The notes beneath the pieces were generated by a model. That model ran no database searches. It was not told the origin of the DNA and was given only the letters and a program-made list of their open reading frames with translations. 64,000 nucleotides of DNA from the NCBI GenBank assembly GCA_963749915.1, contig CAVVOP010000021.1:64001-128000 (forward strand), given 5' to 3'. Made by a program: the position numbers and the translations under genes. Each line of letters begins with the position of its first letter. Position 1 is the stretch's first letter. Source of the stretch: an uncultured cyanobacterium (GTDB taxonomy: Bacteria > Cyanobacteriota > Cyanobacteriia > Cyanobacteriales > Cyanobacteriaceae). This document shows positions 19,551 to 29,819 of the stretch, in pieces.

Positions 19551-20294
19551 ATGTCAACGCCCGCTAAGCTTTACGAAGGTAAAGCCAAAATTATCTATAG
19601 TACGGGGAACGAGCAAGAATACTTAACTTATTTTAAAGATGATGCTACAGCATTTAATGCTCTCAAAAAAGGTACTATCCAAGGAAAAGGGGAAATAAAT
19701 TGCACGGTTTCCTCGGTATTATTCAAAATATTGGGTAACAAGGGTATTGCAAACCATTTTTTAGCACAAAAATCGGAACGGGAAATGTTAGTGAAAGCTT
19801 TACAAATTATCCCGTTAGAAGTCGTTGTCAGAAATATTGCCGCCGGAAGTTTGTGCAGACAAACAGGTTTAGAAGAAGGGTTAAAGTTACCTTTTCCTTT
19901 GGTGGAATTTTACCTGAAAAATGATGACTTAGGGGATCCTCTTTTAACTAGCGATCGCCTGAAGATATTGAATATAGCAACTCCTGAGCAAATTGAAGAA
20001 TTAAAAAATAAGGCTCTAAAAATTGACCAATATCTCATAGAATTTTTTGCCCGTTGTGAGATTATCTTAGTCGATTTTAAACTAGAATTTGGCTTAGACG
20101 TCAATGGAAATCTACTGTTAGCCGATGAAATTAGCCCTGATACCTGTCGTTTGTGGGATTCTTTGGAACAAAATACCGACAAAAGAGTCTTGGACAAAGA
20201 TCGCTTTCGTCGAGATTTAGGTAAAGTTGAATCGGCATATCAGCAAGTACAAAAAAGAGTTTTAACTCAAATTGAAAAACTGGGGAATACCTAG
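19551..20294 (+). CDS. purC: SAICAR synthase
   Basis: LYEGKAK, FKDDATAFN, IPLEVVVRN, VDFKLEFG, LADEISPDTCRLWD. Confidence 0.97.
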   Translation: MSTPAKLYEGKAKIIYSTGNEQEYLTYFKDDATAFNALKKGTIQGKGEINCTVSSVLFKILGNKGIANHFLAQKSEREMLVKALQIIPLEVVVRNIAAGSLCRQTGLEEGLKLPFPLVEFYLKNDDLGDPLLTSDRLKILNIATPEQIEELKNKALKIDQYLIEFFARCEIILVDFKLEFGLDVNGNLLLADEISPDTCRLWDSLEQNTDKRVLDKDRFRRDLGKVESAYQQVQKRVLTQIEKLGNT

Positions 20295-20332
20295 TATATT
20301 TAAAAACAATTATTGCAATTAAATTTTGGTGT

Positions 20333-22861
20333 GTGGCAGTGAAAAACAAGAAAATTCAATATCATTCCTTTACAGCTAATGAAGGTAAATCGGCTCTGAG
20401 GTCGGCTTTTTTTGGTCAACAAGACAAAAAACAACCAATTATCCCTAAAATTGATCCCCCTAAACTTAAAAATAACCCTTCATGGCGGGAAATTTTGATT
20501 TTCACACTTTTATCAACTTTTAGTTTAACATTTCCTTCTAAGGCGATCGCATCATCAGATCCCATCATCGCTTCCATCCCCGTTGATGTGGTCTCGGTAA
20601 CAGAAGAAAAATCCTCTGGAGAATCAGAAAATATTACCCACTCTAGTCCCATTGTTGAATCATCAAGGCAAGAAAAAAAAGAGGAATTATCCAAAAATTT
20701 AATTGCCCAAATAGAAACATCGCCATCTCAACCAACCCCAGAATCTCAACCAACCCCAGAATTTCAACCAACCCCAGAATCTCAACCAACCCCAGAATTT
20801 CAACCAACCCCAGAATCTCAACCAACCCCAGAATCTCAAACAACCCCAGAATCTCAAACAACCCCAGAATCTCAAACAACCCCAGAATTTCAACCAACCC
20901 CAGAATTTCAACCAACCCCAGAATTTCAACCAACCCCAGAATCTCAACCAACTCCAGAATCTCAAACAACCCCAGAATCTCAACCAACCCCAGAATCTCA
21001 ACCAACTCCAGAATTTCAACCAACCCCAGAATCTCAAACAACCCCAGAATCTCAAACAACGACAGAAGAACAGAGAGTATTAGTATCTGAAGTATCTGTT
21101 GTAGGGGTAGAGGGAGAATTACAAGATCTAGTATTTAATGCCATTAGAACAAATCCCGGACGTACAACGACTCGATCGAGATTACAAGAAGATATTAACG
21201 CTATCTATGCTACAGGATATTTTAGTAACGTTAAAGTAACCCCTGAAGATACTCAGTATGGAGTAAAAATTACCTATGAAGTACAGCCTAATCCTGTATT
21301 AACAGAAATTCGCATTCAAACCCTTCCGGAAAAACCTGATGGAGAAGGTTCTCTTGTGCCACCGGAAGTCCTTGAAACAGCCTTTACAGATCAATACGGT
21401 AAGATTCTCAATCTTAGAGATTTACAAGAGGGAATTACCGAAATAAATAAATGGTACACCGACAATGGTTATGACTTAGCTCAAGTGGTAGGTGCACCCC
21501 AAATAAGTCCGACCGGTGTAGTCACTTTAATTATTGCACAAGGAGAATTAGAAGATATTAAAGTTAGATTTTTTAATAGTGAAGAAGAAGAAATTAAAAG
21601 CAGGACAAGAGATTTCATTGTCACCAGGGAAATGCAACTTAAACCCGGTGATGTCTTTAATCGGCGTACAGCACAACAAGATTTACAAAGAGTATTTGGT
21701 TTAGGAATTTTTGAAGATGTAAAACTGTCATTTAGTCCGGGACAAGATCCTTCGGGAGTTGTCATGAATGTTGATATTGTTCCTACCAATACAGGATCTT
21801 TAGCGGCAGGGGCGGGTATTAGTTCCACCAGTGGTTTATTCGGTACCGTTAGTTATCAAGAAAAAAATTTGGGAGGTAATAATCAAACCGTTGGGGTAGA
21901 ATTTCAGTTAGGGGAAAGAGAATTATTGTTTGACCTCAGTTTTCAAGATCCTTGGATTGGGGGAGATCCTTATCGTACTTCCTATGGTGCTAACCTTTTT
22001 CGCAGGAGATCTATTTCTTTAGTTTATGATGGTACTGATACCGAAAGTATTCGTACCGAAAGAAATAACGATAGTCCCAGGGTAGTGCGTACAGGGGCAG
22101 GTTTATCTTTTTCTCGTCCTTTAGCCAAAGATCCTTTTTCTCCTGCTGATTGGGTGATTAGTGGAGGTTTAGTATATCAGCACATAGAAATACAAGATGC
22201 TGACGGAAATCTCTCACCTCGTTCAGGACAAGCCTTTGGCAGTCAAAAATTAGCCTATAACAACAGTGGTATTGATGATTTAATTACCCTTAGATTAAAT
22301 GTTTCTCAAGACACCCGCGATAACAGTTTAATCCCCACCACTGGCAGTTTATTATTGTTAGGGATGGAGCAAACTTTACCCTTTACTTCCATTTTATATA
22401 ACCGTCTTCGTGCCAATTATAGTTATTATTTACCCTTAAAACTACTCAATTTTGATTTTATGAAAGGTCCTCAAACTTTGGCTTTCAATTTTCAAGGGGG
22501 GACAGTTTTAGGGGATTTACCGCCCTATGAAGCCTTTGTTATTGGTGGTAGTAACTCTGTTCGCGGTTATGGAGAAGGAGATTTAGGTAACGGGCGATCG
22601 TTTTTTCAAGCTACGGCAGAATATCGTTTCCCCATAGTCTCCTTTTTGGGTGGTGCACTCTTTTTTGACTATGGTACTACTCTTGGTTCAGGAGGTGCGG
22701 TTATCGGTAAACCTGCGGAGGTAAGAGGCTTAAAGGGCGATGGTTTTGGTTACGGATTAGGGGTTCGAGTTCAATCCCCTGTAGGTCCTATTCGTATAGA
22801 TTACGCCATTAATAATGAGGGTGATAGTCGTATTCATTTTGGCATCGGCCAGAAGTTTTAA
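20333..22861 (+). CDS. bamA: BamA/Omp85 outer-membrane protein assembly factor (start uncertain)
   Basis: POTRA domains, GGSNSVRGY, GPIRIDYA, terminal HFGIGQKF. Confidence 0.93.
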   Translation: MAVKNKKIQYHSFTANEGKSALRSAFFGQQDKKQPIIPKIDPPKLKNNPSWREILIFTLLSTFSLTFPSKAIASSDPIIASIPVDVVSVTEEKSSGESENITHSSPIVESSRQEKKEELSKNLIAQIETSPSQPTPESQPTPEFQPTPESQPTPEFQPTPESQPTPESQTTPESQTTPESQTTPEFQPTPEFQPTPEFQPTPESQPTPESQTTPESQPTPESQPTPEFQPTPESQTTPESQTTTEEQRVLVSEVSVVGVEGELQDLVFNAIRTNPGRTTTRSRLQEDINAIYATGYFSNVKVTPEDTQYGVKITYEVQPNPVLTEIRIQTLPEKPDGEGSLVPPEVLETAFTDQYGKILNLRDLQEGITEINKWYTDNGYDLAQVVGAPQISPTGVVTLIIAQGELEDIKVRFFNSEEEEIKSRTRDFIVTREMQLKPGDVFNRRTAQQDLQRVFGLGIFEDVKLSFSPGQDPSGVVMNVDIVPTNTGSLAAGAGISSTSGLFGTVSYQEKNLGGNNQTVGVEFQLGERELLFDLSFQDPWIGGDPYRTSYGANLFRRRSISLVYDGTDTESIRTERNNDSPRVVRTGAGLSFSRPLAKDPFSPADWVISGGLVYQHIEIQDADGNLSPRSGQAFGSQKLAYNNSGIDDLITLRLNVSQDTRDNSLIPTTGSLLLLGMEQTLPFTSILYNRLRANYSYYLPLKLLNFDFMKGPQTLAFNFQGGTVLGDLPPYEAFVIGGSNSVRGYGEGDLGNGRSFFQATAEYRFPIVSFLGGALFFDYGTTLGSGGAVIGKPAEVRGLKGDGFGYGLGVRVQSPVGPIRIDYAINNEGDSRIHFGIGQKF
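20726..21067 (+). repeat. In-frame 18-bp tandem repeat, 18 full units plus 1 degenerate, encoding (S/F)Q(P/T)TPE
   Basis: T(C/T)TCAA(C/A)CAACCCCAGAA units read directly; unit count taken from the translation. Confidence 0.95.
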
Positions 22862-22906
22862 GCATAACAGTCGATAACTGATAATTATGTTAACCATCGC
22901 ACTACT

Positions 22907-22977
22907 AATGAGAATAATTTGCAATAATTTTCGAGATGAGATATATTATTAAATAAGTATTTGATAAAGATTATCAA
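22907..22977 (+). promoter_or_regulatory. Putative Fur boxes
   Basis: AATGAGAATAATTTGCAAT (22907-22925) and the near-palindrome TTGATAAAGATTATCAA (22961-22977) resemble GATAATGATAATCATTATC. Confidence 0.6.
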
Positions 22978-23063
22978 TAAGAATCGGTTACCGTGTATTC
23001 AGCAAGATCAAAGTAAATATCTTGCTGATACTTTTTTTAATTAGTTAGCAACAATTGAGAAAT

Positions 23064-23825
23064 ATGTTTAAAAATACTGATGTACTATGGTTAAGCACCA
23101 ACCCTTATTTACTCCGTTTTAATTTACCTATCATTAAATATTTATCTAGTCACGTCAAAATTGGTCAATGGGAGTATCAGATCAACGAAGATGAAGGGAC
23201 ATCCACGGATCAAGCGATAGAGTTATTAGACGATTATTTAAGTTTAATCGAAAAACCAGTGCATTTAGTTGGTCATAGTACCTGCGGATTATTAGGTTTC
23301 TATTATGCTCAAAAATATCCAGAAAAAGTTAAATCGTTGACAATTTTAGGCGTAGGTGGTAATGCTGGTTGGGATTGGGTTAGCTATTACTATATTATGC
23401 GATCAAATCTTAAATGCAGTAAAGAAGTAATTTTAGCAAGATTAGCGAAAAATTTATTTGGTTATCATAACCAGTATTATCAAAAAGCCTTTATTAAACT
23501 ATTAGAAAAAGCCTTATTATATTCTCTATCCCCTCATTCCCTTTATCAAAGATTTAATTTGTCTATAACCCCAATTGCTTCACCGTTAATGGTTTGCGGT
23601 AGTCAAAATGATCAAATAGTTTCTTGGGATGAGATCAAAAAATGGGAACCTTATTTAAAGCCTGAAGATTATTTATGGCAGTGTCCAGAAGGCGATCATT
23701 TTTTCCATTATTTTCAACCTAAATTATTATCAGAAAAAATAGTTGAATTTTGGGGTTTATTATCTAAAGACGAAGCTAAGATAAAAAGTATGCAAGATCT
23801 CAGTAATATGCGGAATGTGGGTTAA
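23064..23825 (+). CDS. Alpha/beta hydrolase, IsiC-like (iron-stress)
   Basis: DVLWLSTNP, QWEY..DE, VHLVGHSTCGLLG, YPEKVKSLTIL, GDHFFHYF; resembles recalled Synechocystis IsiC; Fur-like boxes upstream. Confidence 0.75.
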   Translation: MFKNTDVLWLSTNPYLLRFNLPIIKYLSSHVKIGQWEYQINEDEGTSTDQAIELLDDYLSLIEKPVHLVGHSTCGLLGFYYAQKYPEKVKSLTILGVGGNAGWDWVSYYYIMRSNLKCSKEVILARLAKNLFGYHNQYYQKAFIKLLEKALLYSLSPHSLYQRFNLSITPIASPLMVCGSQNDQIVSWDEIKKWEPYLKPEDYLWQCPEGDHFFHYFQPKLLSEKIVEFWGLLSKDEAKIKSMQDLSNMRNVG

Positions 23826-23908
23826 GCATAACAGTCGATGATTGACAGTTAATAGTTGTTTAGCTTTTTAATAATATGTTTGTAAACAAATCTGCTTTTG
23901 CATCCCAC

Positions 23909-24625
23909 TTACATTTCTGGTTGTAAGCCGAACCAATACCCCTTACCGTAAATAGTGTGAATTAAAATAGGTTCATTTTCTTTCTCAATTTTACGCCGTA
24001 GTAACCGTACCATAGCTGCTACAACGTTACTACTAGGGGCTTCTTCTTCTGACCAAAGATATTCAAAAATCTCTTCTTGAGTTACTAATTGACGAATATT
24101 GCGACTGAAAAACTCCAATAATTTAACTTCTTTTTCTGATAATTTAATCAATCTGCCGTTACGATAAGCTAATTGATTCTCGATTTCGATTTCTAGGTCT
24201 GCAACCTGTAATTTACCGCTATTTACCTGATTTTGTGGTTCTATATTCCCCGATCGCCTTAGTAATGCCCGAACTCTGGCTAATAATTCCCTCAACTCAA
24301 AGGGTTTGATTAAATAATCGTCAGCACCAGCATCTAAGCCAATTACTCGATCATCCAGGGTATCTTTTGCTGTTAAAAATAATACAGGGGTTGTCGCTAT
24401 AGATTGATCAAAATGTGATCGTAAAAATTGACAAATTTCTAAGCCAGTTTTATTCGGTAACATCCAATCAAGAATCAGTAAATGATAATTTTCTCTCAAT
24501 GCTAAGGTTAAACCCTCTTCGCCATCATGGCATAATTGCACCTCATAACCTTCCTGAGTCAAAATCCTTGCCAAACTTTCCCCCAACTCTTTCTCGTCTT
24601 CCACCAATAAAATCTTCATTGACAT
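23909..24625 (-). CDS. OmpR-family response regulator (RppA-like)
   Basis: ILLVEDE, LDWMLP, FLTAKD, GADDYLIKPF, winged-helix IHTIYGKGY. Confidence 0.92.
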   Translation of the reverse strand: MSMKILLVEDEKELGESLARILTQEGYEVQLCHDGEEGLTLALRENYHLLILDWMLPNKTGLEICQFLRSHFDQSIATTPVLFLTAKDTLDDRVIGLDAGADDYLIKPFELRELLARVRALLRRSGNIEPQNQVNSGKLQVADLEIEIENQLAYRNGRLIKLSEKEVKLLEFFSRNIRQLVTQEEIFEYLWSEEEAPSSNVVAAMVRLLRRKIEKENEPILIHTIYGKGYWFGLQPEM

Positions 24626-24676
24626 GATCTACTCTTAACTGATAATTAATAAAGAACTGTAAAAATACTGATAATT

Positions 24677-25306
24677 ATGTTAACCATCGCACTACCTAAA
24701 GGCGCACTTTTAAAGGAAAGCATCGAACTTTGTCAACAAATAGGCCTTGATTTTAGTTTATTTCTTTCTTCAAATAATCGTCAACTACAAATAGAAGATC
24801 CTCAAGGATTAGCCAAAGCCTTACTGGTTAGGGCACAAGATGTACCCGTATATGTAGAATATGGTCAAGCTCATTTAGGTTTTGTTGGTTATGATGTGTT
24901 AAGGGAAAAACAAGCCAGTGTTGCCAATATCGCCAATTTAGGTTTTGGTTATTGCCGAATGTCCGTAGCTGTGCCCGAAAACAGTTCTTATCGTAGTTCT
25001 GTTGATCTACCTGCCCATGGTATTGTTGCCTCTAAATTTGTAAACTGTGCTAAAGAATATTTTCGATCCCTGGATTTGCCCGTAGAAATTGTACCCCTTT
25101 ATGGTTCGGTGGAATTGGGTCCGATTACGGGAATGTCAGAGGCGATCGTAGATTTAGTTTCAACGGGAAAAACCTTAAGAGAAAACGGCTTAATCGAAAT
25201 CGACGTTTTATTTGAAAGTAGTGCCTATTTAGTAGCGAATCCCCTTACTTATCGCCTCAACACCCATAACCTTAACCACTGGGTAAAAAAAATAATTAGC
25301 AATTAA
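24677..25306 (+). CDS. hisG: ATP phosphoribosyltransferase, short form
   Basis: [40 protein letters not shown]. Confidence 0.97.
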   Translation: MLTIALPKGALLKESIELCQQIGLDFSLFLSSNNRQLQIEDPQGLAKALLVRAQDVPVYVEYGQAHLGFVGYDVLREKQASVANIANLGFGYCRMSVAVPENSSYRSSVDLPAHGIVASKFVNCAKEYFRSLDLPVEIVPLYGSVELGPITGMSEAIVDLVSTGKTLRENGLIEIDVLFESSAYLVANPLTYRLNTHNLNHWVKKIISN

Positions 25307-25687
25307 TCTTAGAGTGGGTATTGCCTACATTCTCGTTATAAGTACGTAGGAAGGGAAAGACCACAACCAAAATAAACACCAATTATTCTATATAACCTGA
25401 GTTTTGGTTAACTTGAAGATCGAGTGTAATCTTCTTGTTAACATTAAACAGCCCCCAAGAGAGGGGGCCGGAAGTTAATAAGTAATAAGTAATGTGTTCA
25501 TTATAACAAAAAAAACCCCACAGGACTTTCTGATTGGAGAATAATTTATGCAAGATATTCTTTACTTTTCAACTCAACTTTTACCAATGAATGAAGACTG
25601 GTTTCCTGAAAGGTAATACTAATAATTTATGGGATGATTTGTAGAGGTTAAATCTTAAATCTCCCAAATACCTCTACTTAGGGTCAA

Positions 25688-25876
25688 TTATTTTTTCTTT
25701 TTAGGATCAACTACTTCTAACTCAGATAATCTAAAAGTAATCAGTTTATCCCAGTTGCCACCTTCAAATAAAACCGCCGCTTTACCATCAGTGACTCTTT
25801 GCACTAAACCTTCAAAACGATAGTAAATATCATTCGCATTATTAACCGTAACTATGGTGCCGGGTAAAATTATCAT
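25688..25876 (-). CDS. ndhS: NDH-1 subunit S
   Basis: ILPG..V....[39 protein letters not shown]. Confidence 0.95.
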   Translation of the reverse strand: MIILPGTIVTVNNANDIYYRFEGLVQRVTDGKAAVLFEGGNWDKLITFRLSELEVVDPKKKK

Positions 25877-26006
25877 AATTATTTATGGGATTAACGTCAT
25901 CAAGTTTTGTTCTTCCACCAATTTTAATCCATAGAAGTCTCATGAGAAAGAAATTGATACTTTATAATTGATCATGCTGTGACAAATATTTTTAACTTAC
26001 CATTTA

Positions 26007-26525
26007 ATGGATATCAATACCTTTTTAGATAAATTTGCCGGTGACTGGTTTTCTCAACGCACCACTTATAATATTTCCGAGGATGAAGTTGACAACAGCA
26101 AAGCCAATTTAACTATTCATCTTTTATCTCCTATGGAGTCACAAGTCACCCAATTGTGCCATCAGTATAACCTGAATTTAGATTTAAGTCTAGGAATAAT
26201 CACTTCTAGTTGGGATAATTCTCCTGATTGGGGTAAGGCAAAACAAGTCGGAAGTAGTTTAATGCTCATTTTGAGAGACGACAATGACAACAATACGGGG
26301 AAAATTCTACGAGTTTTAAATGATAATAAAGGGTTAATCGGTAAATATGTTTTAGCGGAAGATGAATCTTTAACTCTAGTTATTGAAGAAAGTAATCAGT
26401 ATATTGAAGAAAGAATTTGGTTTGCTAGTGATAATTTACGCTTACGCAACACCATTGTTAAAAAGGAGGGAAAAGTTAATCAAACCTGTTTTTATTCTGA
26501 AATCCGCAAAGTAGTCAACAATTGA
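26007..26525 (+). CDS. CpcS/CpeS-type phycobiliprotein lyase
   Basis: GDWFSQRTTY, EERIWFASDNLRLR, FYSEIRK. Confidence 0.88.
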   Translation: MDINTFLDKFAGDWFSQRTTYNISEDEVDNSKANLTIHLLSPMESQVTQLCHQYNLNLDLSLGIITSSWDNSPDWGKAKQVGSSLMLILRDDNDNNTGKILRVLNDNKGLIGKYVLAEDESLTLVIEESNQYIEERIWFASDNLRLRNTIVKKEGKVNQTCFYSEIRKVVNN

Positions 26526-26570
26526 TAATGAATAATTAACAATGTCAAAGTAAATTACCTTAACTAAGTA

Positions 26571-28142
26571 ATGTGTAATCAAATTTTAAATATAAACCCT
26601 TTAAATATAATGCTTAAAAAATTTTTTCCTTGGTGTTTTATAATTCTTTTAACTTGGAATATTTTTCCCGGTTTAGCATCTGCAAAAACTTCCCTAGTAA
26701 ATCCATCGACATCAATTCAACCTTATTTAGAGCAAGTTAAAGCTAATATTACAGAATTTACTTTAGATAATAATATCAAATTTATTGTCTTAGAAAATAA
26801 AAATGCACCTATTATTTCCTTTGTTACTTATGTTGATGTGGGGGGAGCAAATGAGCCCGATGGTAAAACAGGAGTTGCCCATTTTTTAGAACACTTAGCC
26901 TTTAAAGGCACTTCAGAAATTGGTACTAATAACTATCAGAAAGAAAAGATTATTTTAGATCAATTAGATAAACTTTTTCAAGAAATAAAACAGGTAAAAA
27001 AAGAAGGTAATCAGGAAAAACTGGCAGAATTAGAAACTCAATTTCAAAAATTAAATGCACAAGCTAGTAAATTTGTCAACCAAAATGAATTTGGGCAAAT
27101 TATTGAATTAGAGGGAGGAGTTGGCTTAAATGCGGCGACTTCTGCCGATGCGACAGTTTATTTCTATAACTTCCCTGCCAATAAATTAGAATTATGGATG
27201 TATTTAGAATCTGATCGTTTTTTAAATCCTGTGTTTAGGGAATTTTACACAGAAAAACAGGTAATTTTAGAGGAAAGAAAACTGCGCACGGAAAACTCTC
27301 CTATCGGTAAAATGGTAGAAGCCTTTTTAGATACTGCCTTCACTCAACATCCCTATAAACGTCCTGTAATTGGATATGAGACAGATATAATTAATCTTAC
27401 CCGTAACGATGTGCAAAATTTCTTTGACAGTTATTACGGCGGCAGTAATATTACCATTGCCATTGTCGGTGACGTTAATCCCCAAGAGGTTAAAACGATG
27501 GCACAAAAATATTTTGGGCGTTTTCCTACTACTATGAAACCTGCTAATTTAACAATAAACGAACCCAAACAAACTCAAACCAAAGAAGTTACGGTGGAAT
27601 ATCCTTCTCAACCTGTTTACTTTGAGGGTTATCATATACCTGACTCGAATCATCCCGATTTTGTGGTTTACGACATGATTGGCTCAATTTTAAGTGATGG
27701 GCGCACTTCCCGACTCTATAAATCTCTGGTGGAAGAAAAACAAATTGCTTTAATGGCAGAGGGTTTTACTGGTTATCCGGGGGATAAATATCCCAATTTA
27801 ATGCTATTTTACGCCATGTCTGCTCCTAAGCGTGACCTTGATGAGTTAGAAATCTCTTTACATTCAGAAATTGAGAAATTAAAAACTCAAGCTGTCACCC
27901 AAGATGAATTAGAAAGAGTGAAAACTCAAGCAAAAGCAGGTTTATTAAGAGGGGTTAATTCTAATGCGGGAATGGCGAAATTATTGGCAGAATATCAAGC
28001 AAAAACTGGAGATTGGCGTAGTTTATTTACCCGTTTAGATGCTATTTCCGCCGTTACCGCTGAAGATATTCAACGGGTAGCGAAGGAAACTTTTACCCCT
28101 GAAAATAAAACTATCGGCAAAATAAAAACAATTAACAATTAA
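26571..28142 (+). CDS. M16 (pitrilysin) family zinc protease
   Basis: TGVAHFLEHLAFKGT (HxxEH), LNAATS, ESDRF, HPYKRPVIG; true start may be 26610. Confidence 0.93.
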   Translation: MCNQILNINPLNIMLKKFFPWCFIILLTWNIFPGLASAKTSLVNPSTSIQPYLEQVKANITEFTLDNNIKFIVLENKNAPIISFVTYVDVGGANEPDGKTGVAHFLEHLAFKGTSEIGTNNYQKEKIILDQLDKLFQEIKQVKKEGNQEKLAELETQFQKLNAQASKFVNQNEFGQIIELEGGVGLNAATSADATVYFYNFPANKLELWMYLESDRFLNPVFREFYTEKQVILEERKLRTENSPIGKMVEAFLDTAFTQHPYKRPVIGYETDIINLTRNDVQNFFDSYYGGSNITIAIVGDVNPQEVKTMAQKYFGRFPTTMKPANLTINEPKQTQTKEVTVEYPSQPVYFEGYHIPDSNHPDFVVYDMIGSILSDGRTSRLYKSLVEEKQIALMAEGFTGYPGDKYPNLMLFYAMSAPKRDLDELEISLHSEIEKLKTQAVTQDELERVKTQAKAGLLRGVNSNAGMAKLLAEYQAKTGDWRSLFTRLDAISAVTAEDIQRVAKETFTPENKTIGKIKTINN

Positions 28143-28234
28143 TGGGTATTTAAACTATTACCTATTGTCAAAGATAATTTTAAACAAAAATGATAAAATA
28201 ATAGTTATTATTTTCTATTAATACTTTTTGAAAA

Positions 28235-28738
28235 ATGGGACAACCCCTAATGACTTCTCACAATAAAAATAAAGTTTTCTTCTCCATGTTAATTTTATTT
28301 TTGTTTGTAATCATAACGACTTTAAAAGTTCAAGTTCAAGCCCAACATAATCAAAATCATGAGCAAAATAATCACCAAGAAAAAATGGAGGATAATCACA
28401 ACCATAAAACCTTAGATATTTCTGCTAACGCGGCAATTCCTACTATTAAAATTGGGGTTTCTCCAGATAAGATGAAAGGGTGGAATTTAAAGATAAAAAC
28501 TACTAATTTTGCCTTTAATCCTGAAAATGTTAATAAAGATAGTAATCCCAATGAAGGACACGCCCATCTTTATGTTAACGGGAAAAAAGTTACAAGAATT
28601 TATGGTGACTGGTATTATATCCCTGATTTACCAAAAGGCGAAAATGAGATCAAAGTTACCCTAAATACTAATCTTCATGAGGAATTAATTAATAATGCTA
28701 GTGTCATTGGCGATGCGGTCATTCTCAGTAATAAGTAA
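28235..28738 (+). CDS. Secreted His-rich hypothetical protein (possible metal binding)
   Basis: Signal/TM segment, His-rich linker, GWNL..NF.F.PE, EGHAHLYVNG, LNTNLH. Confidence 0.7.
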   Translation: MGQPLMTSHNKNKVFFSMLILFLFVIITTLKVQVQAQHNQNHEQNNHQEKMEDNHNHKTLDISANAAIPTIKIGVSPDKMKGWNLKIKTTNFAFNPENVNKDSNPNEGHAHLYVNGKKVTRIYGDWYYIPDLPKGENEIKVTLNTNLHEELINNASVIGDAVILSNK

Positions 28739-28742
28739 TAAA

Positions 28743-29780
28743 ATGAGACGAGCAATAATTTGCGGTTATTATGGTCAAGGAAATGCAGGAGATGAGGCTT
28801 TATTAGTATGCATTTTAGAAAGACTACCTAATAATTTTCTACCCATCGTTTTATCAGGAAATCCTAGTAAAACCAGTGAAGATTATAAAGTTATAAGCTA
28901 TTCTCGTCTAGGAATTATTAAGCAAATTTTAAAATTAGGAAAAAAAGACTTATTGATCTGGGGAGGGGGAAGTTTAATCCAAGATGCCACCAGTATAAAA
29001 AGCCCTCTTTTTTACCTAGGTTTGACAATTTTAGCAAACTTAAAAGGTTTAAAAACTATCGCTTATGCCCAAGGAATTGGTCCTATAAAAACTCCTTTTA
29101 TTCAATGGTTGACTAGACAAGTACTAAAAAAATGTCATGGTGTTAGTGTGAGAGATAAAGAATCAGCTAAACTATTAACAACATGGGGTGTAAAATATCT
29201 AATAGCCGCTGACCCGGTATGGGCATTATCCAGCAAAATAAAGGAGGATTTACAATTATTACCAAGTCCTAGAATTGCGGTTAATTTGCGATCCCATAGT
29301 AGTTTGACAGAGAAAAGAATAGGGGTAATAAGTCAAGGTTTAATCAACTTAAAAGAAGAAACAAAAGCGAATATCATATTAGTGCCTTTTCAAAAATCAA
29401 AAGATTTGAGTATCTGTGAAAAAGTGGCGGAAAAGTTGGGTGGCAATTGTCAAATTATTATGATAGAAAATCCCCAAGAATTAAAGGGGTTATTTAAAAA
29501 AGTTGAGATGATAATTGGAATGCGTTTACATAGCCTAATTATGGCAAAAAGTGAAAAGTGTAAGTGTTTTGCATTATCTTATGATCCTAAAGTTACTAAT
29601 TTAATGACAGAAATCGCCATAGAAGGTTATGAATTAGAGAATTTGCCCAATAAGGTAAATCTAATCACGGAAAAATGGTTAAAAATTTATGAAAATGTCG
29701 CAAATTTACCCGATAATAAAACAGAATCATTAGCTGAAAGTGCTTCACAACATCAACAACTATTTGATTCACTTACTTAG
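28743..29780 (+). CDS. csaB: Polysaccharide pyruvyl transferase
   Basis: CGYYGQGNAGDEA, WGGGSLIQD, AQGIGP, SVRD, GMRLHSLI, SYDPKV. Confidence 0.92.
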   Translation: MRRAIICGYYGQGNAGDEALLVCILERLPNNFLPIVLSGNPSKTSEDYKVISYSRLGIIKQILKLGKKDLLIWGGGSLIQDATSIKSPLFYLGLTILANLKGLKTIAYAQGIGPIKTPFIQWLTRQVLKKCHGVSVRDKESAKLLTTWGVKYLIAADPVWALSSKIKEDLQLLPSPRIAVNLRSHSSLTEKRIGVISQGLINLKEETKANIILVPFQKSKDLSICEKVAEKLGGNCQIIMIENPQELKGLFKKVEMIIGMRLHSLIMAKSEKCKCFALSYDPKVTNLMTEIAIEGYELENLPNKVNLITEKWLKIYENVANLPDNKTESLAESASQHQQLFDSLT

Positions 29781-29819
29781 CTTCTATAAATATATGGGTG
29801 TCTATTAACTAATAATGAT

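Noticed and set aside
20643..21059. Repetitive antisense ORFs (LVEILG.., WLRFWG..) and a CRISPR-like appearance
   Set aside because: These are shadows of the in-frame 18-bp bamA repeat; there are no unique spacers and no cas genes.
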